63,849 nt of DNA, filler included, from Bigelowiella natans CCMP2755 (GCA_000320545.1; 6 parts of 6 records of this genome joined end to end with filler, not necessarily neighbours in it); one strand, 5' to 3'; positions 26,886-38,749 are shown, numbered from the whole stretch's first letter. Numbers and translations are program-made. The notes: generated by a model not told the origin, from the letters alone.

Positions 26886-28139
26886 CATTACTGTCTTTCG
26901 CACACTGCAGTGTGTAGTGTCTTGCGACATTTTGGAAAAGTAGTTCATCATCATGATCATTGTTCATTCTTCTGTGTCAATTGTCTCAAATGTGCGAATA
27001 CGATTTTTGGAATGGCTAGATGCCAACATGTGTGTGTGCGGGCATTCACTTTTGCATGTGATGATGATGATGATTGCTTGCACTCACATGGGACATGAAT
27101 CATCATGCTAGCTTGCTAGCATGACATGCACGTTGCATCCATTCATGTGCATGCGATGCATGCTTCTGTCTAGCTGTGTGTGTCAGTGCCACAGTCGATA
27201 GTCAACCTAGCCGCACGCACATCATTGTCATTCCAGGTGATCATGTGATGGACACTGATCACTTTGTCCGCTCGATCACGACAAGGCGGGATCGGCCATT
27301 GGGCGTGGAAGACGATTCATTCCCCTTGGAATTCACTGCTGTGCTGTCCCACGATGGACACGTCATCAATGCACATCAGTGCTGGAGTGGTTCATTGAGC
27401 ACACAACAAGAGAACACGTCTAGACCTGCGTGCACTGGACTGCGTGCGATGCACAAGTCATCGTTCGTGTGCACATTCCTGGGTCGATGCGCACGTGTTG
27501 GCTGGACCTGTCTCATTGATCTGTTCGCTTCAGCTAGTTACCATCACACGCAGCTGACTGCTGTGTGGTCAGCGGCGCTCAGCTGCTTCACGTGCACGCT
27601 CAAACTGGCAAAGACAGCTCTGGAGCTAGCTAGCTAGAGAGCGACAACACGCACACCTGAACACTTCACGTCACTGCAACGAATCGATCGCTACGTCTAA
27701 CCGTGGCGCTGCTGGTCTTCGGGCTGTGACATGCATTGTCAATGTGCTGTGTTCACGGCACAGAAGAGCAATGATGAATGACGACGAGTCAAACGAAGTC
27801 ACCTCACAATCAGCACCAGGCTAGCAGGCCGAAACCAGGGCCCTCGGATCTTACGACAATTCCAACAGCATGTCGTCTGATAAGAATTCATTGTGTTTTC
27901 ATGTGTTTTCATGGCATTGAGCTCGCTAGCATGTTCAGAGGGCTAACTGTTGTCCAAATCTCAATCTTGCCCACCCCTACCTGGCCTTGGACTGGGTTCG
28001 GACCGGGCCTACTCAAGCAAGCAGCATCCAGAGTGGCAACAACTGCCACCCAGAACCAGCCCCACCTTTTTATAGAGGCAATAAGCGGGGTTTTGAATAG
28101 CGCATAACGAGTGGAAGAGGCTGAACATACTCCCCAACC

Positions 28140-28707
28140 ATGGGCATTCCCAAGTTTTACAGGTATGGCTCCGGATCATTTGCTCTTCTGTTCTATTTGC
28201 CCCGGCGTGAGTTTACTGTTCTTTGGCGTTGTCTCCCCACCGCAAACACAGATGGCTCAGTGAGAGATACCCGCTCATCAACCAAGTGGTGAAAGGCAAC
28301 CTTAGGCCTGAGTTCGACAACCTTTATCTGGGTAGTAGCAAACAAACGTGTAGTGTGTGCTGGTAAATTGTGTGGGAGCAACGTTCATCCGAAATAACCT
28401 GCCTCACCCCGCCCCCCTATTCTCTCTCCATCGTGATATATTTCAGATATGAATGGGATCATTCACATTTGCTCGCATCCACGGTGATGATATCAACGCC
28501 GGCCAAGCACTCGCCCCTCTCCCCCCTCCTGTTTTCCACCGTCCCCCTTCCCCTTATCTGCGCCATCAGAGAAGACTAAACTATCATATGTGGTATAGAG
28601 CATGACATATTTTTCTCCAACAGGGATGGTGTCGATGCAACGAAGGAACAACTAACTGAAGAGGAAATGTACGCCGGGTGAGCAGCATCAACTCAACAGC
28701 ATGCCCC

Positions 28708-28754
<47 letters not shown>

Positions 28755-29029
28755 AGAGCATAAGAGCTATAAGACTCAGGTATATTCAATACATTTTCTT
28801 CAGCATCTTTGAGTATATCGACCGGATATTCCATCTGATTTCCCCAAAGAAATTGCTTTTCATGGCCGTGGACGGGGTAATAATACCATTCAGATACTAT
28901 CGTCAGCAGTACACACAAGTTCATCGAGCGCCTCGTTTCTGTACCAATCAGGTTGCTCCCCGAGCCAAAATGAATCAGCAAAGACAAAGGTTAGAAATAG
29001 ATGGTGCTGCATTCATATTTTGCGCCACG

Positions 29030-29127
<98 letters not shown>

Positions 29128-29198
29128 AAGGAGAGTGGAGAGGTAGGGATAGAGAGAGAGAATAGAGTGGTTGATCACAAATACAGTTTATTAAATAT

Positions 29199-29236
<38 letters not shown>

Positions 29237-29622
29237 CTATGTATTAAGTCCAATATTGTCTTCAACCCATCATCAGACGATTCAAAAGTGCCAAAGAGGC
29301 GGAGGAGGCCATCACGAAGGCGCGGGCGGAAGGAATAAAGGCACTTGCTCGATAATAATTAATGATGACGATGAGATGCCAATGGGATCGCTCACAACTC
29401 CTTCGTCATTTTCTCGTTTTTTAGGTGAGTAAAGGCGATCTGTTCGACTCCAACTGCATTACCCCCGGGACGGAGTTCATGGCGAGATTATGCAAGCATC
29501 TTCGGTATAAGCTACTTGACCGTTAATCATCCTTTGTGCTGCTGCTGCTGGTGGTGGTGGTGGCGGTGTATACATGATGCACTGTCATATTAGACATGGA
29601 TTCGCAACGTGTCTATATACTG

Positions 29623-29661
<39 letters not shown>

Positions 29662-29730
29662 TACACGCACAGGTACACACACACATACACACACGCAAAT
29701 GTAACATTATGTCTTCTATGCGTGGATATG

Positions 29731-29761
<31 letters not shown>

Positions 29762-30497
29762 CCGCCCGCTGGTTTCATTTGACATGCATTCCCGCTCTCA
29801 ACAATTCGCAGGTATTTCGTGCGGAAAAAGATGCAGGAGGATGCTGCTTGGAGGAAGGTCAGGGAAGAACGACGCCGCCCCTCATGGGGATCAAATGCCA
29901 TTTCTCACCACCCATATATCGCCCCAATGATGTCGCTCCTTGCTTGCTTTATACCCGCCAGTATCCAACACAACAGAGTCATTCTCGATGTTCATCTGCC
30001 ACTCACCTGTGAGGGCTTTCCGCTTCCCACCCCCCCTCCTGATTTGCGTTGTGTAGGTGGAAGTGATTCTCTCCGGGCCTGACATTCCAGGGGAGGGAGA
30101 GCACAAGATCATGATGTATATTCGGCGCCTCAAGGTACAAAAACCACAATTTTGCACTGGTGCTGTTGTTGTGTGTAGTGTGTTGTTGTTGTTGTTGTTG
30201 TTGTTATTGCGACGGAATGTATGGATTATTATAATCGGGGCAAACCTAACCAGGCAATGGGGGACTTCGCTCCAAATCTCCGACACTGCATGTATGGTTT
30301 GGACGCCGACCTCATCATGCTGGGCCTGGTAGTAAAACGCGAGACATCAACCCTAACTAACATCCTTTCGCAACCGTCCATCCCACAATCTGTACCGGTG
30401 AAAGAAGCATCCTCACCGTCATCGTCGCCGTCATTGTCATCGTTAAAATTGCTAACACACCTGCCCGGGATCCACTCTTACCAGACAAACACACACA

Positions 30498-30535
<38 letters not shown>

Positions 30536-30564
30536 GCTTCGACTTGTTGGAGATAACACACGTC

Positions 30565-30604
<40 letters not shown>

Positions 30605-31421
30605 GGTGACTCATGAACCGCACTTCGCTTTGCTGAGAGAGGAGGTACACATACACAGACAGCTCCTACCCCTGGCACAACTGGTGGTGAGGAGGACAAC
30701 ATTCGCGGTTTTCCTCGCCTCGAAGAAGGCGCTGCGACAAGGATGCGCCCCCATCCTTCTCGCGGGCCTTGGACGGATTTGCTTTCAACCCGATGGGGAC
30801 CGTGATAAGACCTGACACCGCTTTCTCTCTTCTATATGAGCCAAACTGTGTTCGTTAGCAGCGAGGGCTTCGCTAGCTGCACTGCTGCTTTGATAGCCGA
30901 GCTTTTATTAGCATCGACTCCATCGTTATTCGTGCAACTGATGAGCACGCCCCCCCCCTCCCCACCCGCAGGTTGTGTTCGGGCGCCCAAACAAGCCAAA
31001 GATGGGGTTCTCGAGGAAAGTGGTAGTAAGAACGGCGACCATGCATGTGTGCTGCGTGTGACACCATAAGCATGGTTGTCGCAGAATGATCGGCGGAGAT
31101 CGTAATCGTCATCATCCTCTTCTTGCCATCTTCCTTCATCCTCCCATTTTTCTTCCCCCCCCCTCTCCCGCTCGTTTCTTCTACCGCCCTGGGTGTTCTC
31201 CACCTTACACAATGGTTTCCCAACAGGTGGGGAAAAAGGACGAATTCCAGCTGCTCCACATCTCGCTGTTGAGGCAGTACTTGGACTTGGAGTTTCGCGG
31301 CGTAAGCATCCCGACTGCGGGAACGGCCGAGGCGAGCGAGGGGGACGCGAAGGGGGGGGGAGACGGGAAGCTAAATAGCCCCCTTGGCTACAACCTGGAG
31401 AGAATTGTAGACGATTTCCTG
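28140..31421 (+). CDS. XRN1: 5'-3' exoribonuclease 1, 3'-partial (cut by contig end)
   Basis: Exons give MGIPKFYRWLSERYP, EFDNLYLDMNGIIH, LFMAVDGVAPRAKMNQQR, FDSNCITPGTEFM, ILSGPDIPGEGEHKIM, HCMYGLDADLIMLGL, THEPHFALLREEV and YNLERIVDDF. The PKFYRW.SERYP start is the XRN1 form rather than XRN2. Confidence 0.93.
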
Positions 31422-31545
31422 GTGTGTTCATTTAACATTAATATCATGGACATAAACATCAACATCACGAATATCACCGGCAAGAGTAGCGGTGTCATTG
31501 CCATCCCATCACTCAAAGTTGGGAAACACAACCTCGTATCATCGT

Positions 31546-31645
31546 NNNNNNNNNNNNNNNNNNNNNNNNNNNNNNNNNNNNNNNNNNNNTTAATTAATTA
31601 ANNNNNNNNNNNNNNNNNNNNNNNNNNNNNNNNNNNNNNNNNNNN
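31546..31645. other. Artificial contig spacer (N44-TTAATTAATTAA-N44); same spacer at 54960-55059, 58748-58847, 60748-60847 and 62225-62324
   Basis: Identical 100-bp N blocks with a central six-frame stop linker. Confidence 0.97.
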
Positions 31646-32369
31646 ATCCCTGATATGAATACTAAGAGGAGAGGTGTGGGTGTGGCTGTTGGGGATGGCA
31701 AACTGTTTGCTGTTGGTGGGAATGATGGTAGTAATCGTCTTAAAAATGGGGAGTATCTGGATTTGAATAATATGGATGCGGGGTGGAAGAAAATCCCTGA
31801 TATGAATACTGAGAGGAGTAATTTGGGTGTGGCCGTTGGGGATGGCAAACTGTTTGCTGTTGGTGGGTGGGATGGTAGTAATACTCTTAGAAATGGGGAG
31901 TATCTGGATTTGGATGATATGAAAGCGGGGTGGACGGGGGTCCCTGAGATGAATACTGAGGGGGAGGTATTTGGGTGTGGCTGTTGGGGATGGCAAACTG
32001 TTTGCTGTTGGTGGAGAGGATGATGATTGGAATACTCTTAGAAATGGGGAGTATCTGGACTTGAAGAATATGAAAGCGGGGTGGACGAAAATCCCTGATA
32101 TGAATGCTAAGAGGAGGCATTTGGGTGTGGCCGTTGGGGATGGCAAACTGTTTGCTGTTGGTGGGTGGGATGGTAGTAATACTCTTGGAAATGGGGAGTA
32201 TCTGGATTTGAATGATATGAAAGCGGGGTGGACGAAAATCCCTGATATGAGGAGCATAAGGTGGGGTTTAAAAGTGGCTATTGGGGATGGCAAACTGTTT
32301 GCTGTTGGTGGAGCTAACGATAAAGATGTTCCTTACAAATCTGGGGAGTATATTCGCATCGCTATGTAG
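31646..32369 (+). CDS. Intronless kelch-repeat beta-propeller protein, 5'-partial, with one apparent frameshift near 31960
   Basis: Five tandem ~147-bp units (starts 31646, 31793, 31940, 32091, 32238) encoding IPDMN..R...GVAVGDGKLFAVGG.DG.N.L.NGEYLDL....AGW. An extra G in a G-run joins ORFs 31655-32023 and 31971-32369. Confidence 0.9.
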
Positions 32370-32413
32370 ACTGCTTCCGCACATACATCGGGTTCTGTCT
32401 GGAGAAAATACAG

Positions 32414-32611
32414 TTATTTATAGCCATCTACAACTTCGCTCATTAGACAAATGTGGACTTCCATCAGTTTATCTCTTAGTTTGCGATAGAATTCAGGATT
32501 CAGTTCGGCTTTTAGTTCATCTATTACGAGGACGATTTCACTAAGTTTATAGTCAACATCATAGATTTTATCTGCTGTGCTACTTTTATTTACTTGATTA
32601 ATATTACTCAT
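32414..32611 (-). CDS. Small hypothetical protein (65 aa), virus-like AT-rich context
   Basis: ATG at 32611, MSNINQVNK...VVDGYK*, intronless, AT-rich leader, convergent with the kelch gene. Confidence 0.5.
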   Translation of the reverse strand: MSNINQVNKSSTADKIYDVDYKLSEIVLVIDELKAELNPEFYRKLRDKLMEVHICLMSEVVDGYK

Positions 32612-32714
32612 ATTAATCTTATAGTGAGACAATTCTTTAAATAGAAATCATAGTTGGATGTTTTGTAAAACTGGAATCCTTTTGCTAATAGCTCACATTG
32701 TTAAGTATGTATGT

Positions 32715-32880
32715 TGTAGCAGTCGCATATCTATTAGCACATTGCTTCGTAATAGCAGTGTATTAGCACGGCATATCGCTTCGCAACATTCATAGCATAC
32801 ATAGCACGGCATATCGCTTCGCAACATACATACATACATAGCACGGCATATCGCTTCGCACGGCACAGCACATCGCATAT
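32715..32880. repeat. Irregular tandem repeat (tagcacggcatatcgcttcgca x3)
   Basis: Three copies of tagcacggcatatcgcttcgca plus tagcagtcgcatat. Confidence 0.85.
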
Positions 32881-33408
32881 AATGACATCGTATGCTTCTT
32901 CATTTTTTTTCAGACCCCCACTTTAATTAGTGTTTTTTTCTAACCTCATTCATTTTATAACTAATGAGGGCTTATGGGGCATTTTAAAAACTAAAAAAAT
33001 TTAAATTATAATATATATGTATGTATACACATATATATGATGTATATATATACATATATACATATATACCAGGGGTATAAAAGGCATTTTAAAAACCAAA
33101 CTTTTTATAATATATACATATATATATATATATATTATATATATATAACTTATATATATATACCCCCTCCCCTGAAAAACACCCCTTGGAAACATAAGTA
33201 TAATAAGGTAATATGATACAGCATAATGAAGCTGTCGCATCGCTTTGCGAGCAGGTGGGCTCTGCCCACATCGCAGATACCGCCATTGGCGGTTATAATA
33301 ATTATTATTATTATTACTTACACATCACACACAAGTGCTGTGCACACAGGCGGTGTCATGCACACGCTTCATCAGGAAATCAACACCACACCGCGTGAAT
33401 TGTCACTT

Positions 33409-33448
<40 letters not shown>

Positions 33449-33691
33449 CCAGACAGTGCACCATGTTGTACACGTGTGCGCGCTTAGAATCACCAGCAGG
33501 CATGCCCATGCAAAGTGGGCGAACACACACCACCGCGGTGCATCCGCAAATACATGCATTGCTGCATTGATGATGGCTGATTCCATGACCACAGCCAATT
33601 GATGCTGGTGAATCGAAAGTAAGCATGAGGATAGCTTCAGAACGTCACGCCATTGTATACGTACGTATATTAAACAAAATGTACCTCTTCT

Positions 33692-35374
33692 TTAAAAGTA
33701 AGTGCTATAGCCACCCATTCCATAGCCACTTCCATATCCTAAGCCACCCATCATACCATACCCACCTCCCATCATTCCACCATATCCTCCCCCCATTCCA
33801 CCATAGTATCCCATCCCACCATACATGCTATTTCCGTATGCACTTTGCTGCTGTTGCTGCTGCTGGTACTGAGAGAAAGGATCGTTGGGATTTTGAGAAT
33901 GCTGTATATCAAGCTGTTTTGCATCGTCTATCGATATGTTGTTCTCTTGGAGAACCATTTCCAATTTTTCCAGCACTTCTCTTATTTCCTTATCAACAGG
34001 CACAGGCTCATCGCCGCATTGAGCGGTTTGTATCTTCTTCACAACTTCCTGGTGGCATAATCTACGCACCAGATTTGAATCTCTCGATATAATTTCCAAT
34101 GCACAACGTTTTTCGATCATTAGTTTCTTAATTCCGTTGTCCATTTCGTTGGCTGGCACTTTCCTTCCCTCCACCGCTGCTAGTAAAGCATGTACGACTT
34201 GTGTACTTCCTAGGGCTTCAGCAAGTCGCGTGTCTTTCTTCAATCGCTTCCAACCTTTCTCAAAAAATTCCTTTTTTCCCTCTAATCCTCTATTTTTTTT
34301 TTCTTCTATATCTATATCTCTAGATAGCTTTTGAGATTGGATCACCCTAAACAGGAAGCGGGCAATCATGAGCAGCAGGTAACTCATGATCAAGTTTGTA
34401 CCAAACACCTCACCACCAGCAGTTTGAGCTGGTGCTGCTCTGTGTGCTGACATTGCTAACTGAGCTGCTCGCTTGGCACTTTTGGTGGAACGCCATGCCG
34501 CATGAAGAAGTGCTTGCCTCGGGGTAAGCATAGCCTGTCGGGCCGATGAGTATAGATAACGAAGAATCCGAAGAATCGTGTAAGTGGTCGCCCACAAAAT
34601 AAAAAATTGACTCCAAGTAGTCGGAGCAGGCGCACGCCTCCTAGATCCACGGGAGTTTGTTCGTCCTGTCCCTTGAGAATCTTGGAGAGATTCAAATGCG
34701 TTGCTCGCCTCTAACTTCATCATCTGTGCTCCCATTGCCATGTTCAGGATTCCTCCCATTGACATATGCAGTGCCTGGAATGATTGGCTGAGCATATGAG
34801 AAACTCTTGAAAGAGCACGCATCGGTTGGTTGATAGCGTTCATGATAGTTTGCGAGCCTCTCATCCATGAACCCATTGGACCAGGGAGACCGCCTGCTCC
34901 ATAAGGACTCATTCCATACCCCATACCAACACCATAGCGCCCTCCATATCCACCATATCCTCCACTTCCATATCTTCCATATCCAGATCCGTATCCTCCA
35001 TAATAACTTGCCCCTGAGCCATAACCTCCGTAACCGTTGTATCCTGCGCTACCATTGTTTGATGAGGCGGAATAGGGGGACAAGGAGTTGTAAACTGCCA
35101 CAGAATTTGATGCATTATTGTGAGTATTTTGATGTGAATCTATCCCTGGTGCTCCAACGCTCGCGGTTGCAAGGGGGTTTGTGGAGGTTGACACCAAATT
35201 TGAAACAGCCTGATGCTGTTGGTTAACAGGAAAGGAATTTCCAGAAGATGAAGATGGGGAGGAGGATGAGGAGGAGGAGGAGGAAGAGGAGGAGGAGGAA
35301 GAAGAAGATATGTTTTGATCCCAAAGATGATCTACTGAAGAAGGGGTTGGAGATGAAGCAGAATGTTTCTCCAT
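33692..35374 (-). CDS. PEX13-like peroxin with YG-rich domains at both ends and STI1-like repeats
   Basis: Single-exon ORF from ATG 35374. A YGG-rich tract is followed by the amphipathic ALSRVSHMLSQSFQALHMSMGGILNM helix typical of Pex13, two hydrophobic segments, and a second YGG-rich tail. Confidence 0.65.
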   Translation of the reverse strand: MEKHSASSPTPSSVDHLWDQNISSSSSSSSSSSSSSSSSPSSSSGNSFPVNQQHQAVSNLVSTSTNPLATASVGAPGIDSHQNTHNNASNSVAVYNSLSPYSASSNNGSAGYNGYGGYGSGASYYGGYGSGYGRYGSGGYGGYGGRYGVGMGYGMSPYGAGGLPGPMGSWMRGSQTIMNAINQPMRALSRVSHMLSQSFQALHMSMGGILNMAMGAQMMKLEASNAFESLQDSQGTGRTNSRGSRRRAPAPTTWSQFFILWATTYTILRILRYLYSSARQAMLTPRQALLHAAWRSTKSAKRAAQLAMSAHRAAPAQTAGGEVFGTNLIMSYLLLMIARFLFRVIQSQKLSRDIDIEEKKNRGLEGKKEFFEKGWKRLKKDTRLAEALGSTQVVHALLAAVEGRKVPANEMDNGIKKLMIEKRCALEIISRDSNLVRRLCHQEVVKKIQTAQCGDEPVPVDKEIREVLEKLEMVLQENNISIDDAKQLDIQHSQNPNDPFSQYQQQQQQQSAYGNSMYGGMGYYGGMGGGYGGMMGGGYGMMGGLGYGSGYGMGGYSTYF

Positions 35375-36124
35375 AGCGAATTTAGAATGGAGGAAAGAAT
35401 GTGGGGTTAGGTAACAACAACTTTTGATGTTACGACAAGTAAATACACACAAATTATGGAGTAAATCCACTCTATTCGGAACATTTACGAATATATTTCA
35501 CGAACGTAAGGGGGTTTAAGGAATGCTTGACTTAATTTCATTCTACGACCTACATTCCCCTCATTTCATATTGTGCTCCTTGACAACGATGGTGAATGTC
35601 ATCTTGCGACAACATAAATACAACAATGTTAGTTAGCTAGGTTACCGGTAGTTATCTGTTCGCATCTTTAACTTTCCAGCCAGATCTATGTTTTTTCACC
35701 AAAGTGATTTCAATATTGGATGTTGTCTCACAACGGACATGAGCAACTTTCATGGATTTCTAGGCTTTTAAGACTAACAAAATTTTCCTAACAAAGTTTT
35801 AAAATTCACCGAAGTGATTTTTATAGTAAATTTTGTTTTGGTTAGTTAGTTATTCTGTTCGCATCCTTGAGACTTCTCAGCTATGTTTTTTTTCACCAGT
35901 TAATATCCAGTCGCAACCTTTGCCCGGTCAAGTTATGCGGGAAGAAGAAGAAGAAGAAGAAGAAGAAGAAGAACAACAACAACAACAACAACAACAATCA
36001 ACTTCAAGATACTCGTAGAACAGAACAAGGGAGGAGGAAAGAACGCAGCAAGAAGGAAGAAGGAAGGAAAGAAGGAAGGAAGGAAGGAAAGAAAGCTACC
36101 AACCAACCAAGGAGCTCTCTCACC

Positions 36125-36184
<60 letters not shown>

Positions 36185-36383
36185 AGAGGGGGAGAGAAGA
36201 GAAGGACCAGAGAGGAAAGAGGAAAAAGACCCAATTTCCAATAAAGAACTCCAATCCACTTGCTTTTGAAGGGCCAGCATCTCAGTATTTACGATATCTA
36301 AGGTACTGTAGCTACTAGATTTTAACATTGCGTGACTGATACGCTCTTCGTGTCTTCGAACTATGCTTCTTTTCATTTGCAGA

Positions 36384-37774
36384 ATGATAAGTGGAAGTGG
36401 TGGCTCAGGAGGGCGGTTGGGTCAAATGTGCCAGAATTTGCCAGTAGTCAGTCGAGTGATCCTCGGAGTGTGTTTCATTGTTTACTTTTACACTCCCATG
36501 CTCTACCCTTATGAATCCCTGTACTTCGATATGAATCCATACCGAATTGTCTTCAAAAATGAATATTATCGACTCCTAACAGGTAGCAAAACCTTCTATT
36601 TGATTCTATTTCATCTGTTGAGACACAAACCTCGTGGCAATGCAACTAAAAATAATTATCTGCATATTACAACTTAGGTTGTTATTTACACGGAGGTATA
36701 TTCCACATCGCGATGAATATGCTCACATTTTTCTCCATTGGAGTTGGTATAGAACAATCAATTGGTTCTTTATCTTTCTTTGGACTTACCATACTATTTT
36801 CCCTCCTCTCCACCTCCCTGGAGACATTTGGAAGATACATCATATTTAAAGTGACTAATGACATTGATTGGTTGAGAGTTCGCTCAGTTGGATTCTCCGG
36901 AGTTCTATTCAGTTATATCATAATTCATACTTATGTAACTGGGGCACAGAACTATAATCTTTGCGGATTCCCCATCCCAGCGAGATACTACCCTTGGGTT
37001 CTCCTCATAGGAATTTCTCTTCTAATTCGGAATGTCTCATTTGCAGGGCATCTGTGTGGGCTATTGGTGGGGATCATGTACTGCAGGGGATACTTAAATT
37101 TTATTCTCCCGCGAAGAGGGTGTCTCAGATCTTTTGAGAATTGGGAAGGATTTGAATGGCTCACGAACTCACTCATTTATGCGAAGTGTCCAGTAGACTC
37201 GCCGATCCCAGCGACAGACGCTTGGGGGGGGTGGTCATGCGAAATGTGCTCAGAAAGCATAAGGTTCATTGGAGGCTATTGTATGTCAATTTCTGATAGC
37301 ATTAGAAGCATCTGTGCCACTGCTGGACAGGGCATATCCTCTGCAATGATGACCCAAAGGCGATCCCCCAGTGCATATCAACAGCTGTCAGCAGAAGATG
37401 ACCTTGAGTTGGTTCAAGATGAAAATGGTGGAGGAGGAGGAGTACCACCATCAGCACCAGCCTTCACCGAGGAGGAGGAGGAAGACGGAACACTACGCAA
37501 TGATGGCTATACCCTTGGTGTGAGAGAACATCATCACCAGCAGCATGTGAGCCAGCAGCAGCAGCAGCAGCAGCAGCAGGGTGTATTAGCTGGTGCTTCT
37601 TCCGCAATAAACAGCAAGGAACAGAAGAAGAAGAAGAAGACAGCAGGAACAAACAGTCAACAGTACAGCAGCAGCAGAGCAACACCTTCTGGGAGATCGC
37701 GATTGCTTGATACGATACCTAGAAAGAAGAACAACACGACAAATCGATCCTCTTCTAAAAGGGGTAGTAGATAA
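36384..37774 (+). CDS. Rhomboid protease (RHBDD1/RBL-type); join 36384-36582, 36678-37774
   Basis: YRLLT-G..HGGIFHIAMNM, catalytic GFSGVLF, YPWVLL and SFAGHLCG. GT-AG intron 36583-36677 keeps the frame. Confidence 0.92.
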
Positions 37775-38749
37775 GTAGGTAGGTAGTGAGTAGAGTCGTG
37801 TACGTACTACTACTAGGTTTCCATTGGAGAATTGTATAAGAACTGTATATATATCGCAGTAAAGATGGACACTATAATATGGGTTATCAGCTCTACCACA
37901 GTAGGCAATAATACGTATCGTGTCACGTTATTATATCTGATATATGATAATTTATAACTATGTTTACATTTACCTAGCGTGCATATTTTTCCAGCTAGGT
38001 GCAATGCCAGTAACATTGCTTTTAATGTTCCTCCATTCCAAATGAATGACAGCGTTCAAGCTGTTAAATGCACATTGCTCGCATTATATGCGCAGCATGC
38101 AGCAGACAACAACCCTAGAACCATTAAGCTGTACCATGTGTGACACACGTCGCATGCAACACACACACACACACACACACACGCTGCTTTGCATTTGTGA
38201 TGTCCAGATGCACATCATCCCAGTGCCCATGCCTATTTGATCTTGTCAATCATGCATTGTTAGCTAGTGACAAGTGAGCGACTCGTCGATGTGCTAGTGT
38301 GCACATGCATGTCACATTATTGAGCGCTAACACATGCGGCATGTGTGCGTAGGCGGAGCTACGCACATGAAGATGACGACGATCAAGTCGATTGATCAGG
38401 CAGCAACTATCTAGCAATGCTATGCGAGTGCGTAAATGCATGCGTGTTGTAGATGTGAAACAAACAATGTGCACATGCTGTTTTTGCGCATGAATGCTGC
38501 GCGCGGGCCGCCATCGTATCATTGCATGTAGTCACATGATGCATGCTGTTACATGTGCACATGTCTAGCTAGCTAGACGTATCCCGCATGCATCGTCATC
38601 TTTTCGTCGTACAAATGTAGTCTACATATGTAGCTATTACACGCCCAGTCAGCCATGATGTGAGGCTGCAAAAATTGTCCATTAAATTACTTCCATAGCT
38701 TTGAATCCTAGCGTCTGGTACTCCAGTGAAAATGGTGATGATGTTAGAC

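Noticed and set aside
31590-31601. Recurrent TTAATTAATTAA motif as a biological site
   Set aside because: It is always centred in 100-bp N blocks, so it is an assembly linker with stops in all frames.
31955-31970. Programmed frameshift in the kelch gene
   Set aside because: A single extra G in a G homopolymer relative to sister repeats is best explained by sequencing error or a simple indel.
33180-33189. caccccttgg is the reverse complement of ccaaggggtg near 55126, suggesting paired TIRs
   Set aside because: Only 10 bp match and the flanks do not align, which is too little to call a terminal inverted repeat.
22214-35374. Peroxisomal gene cluster (carrier plus PEX13)
   Set aside because: The genes lie on different contigs separated by an artificial spacer.
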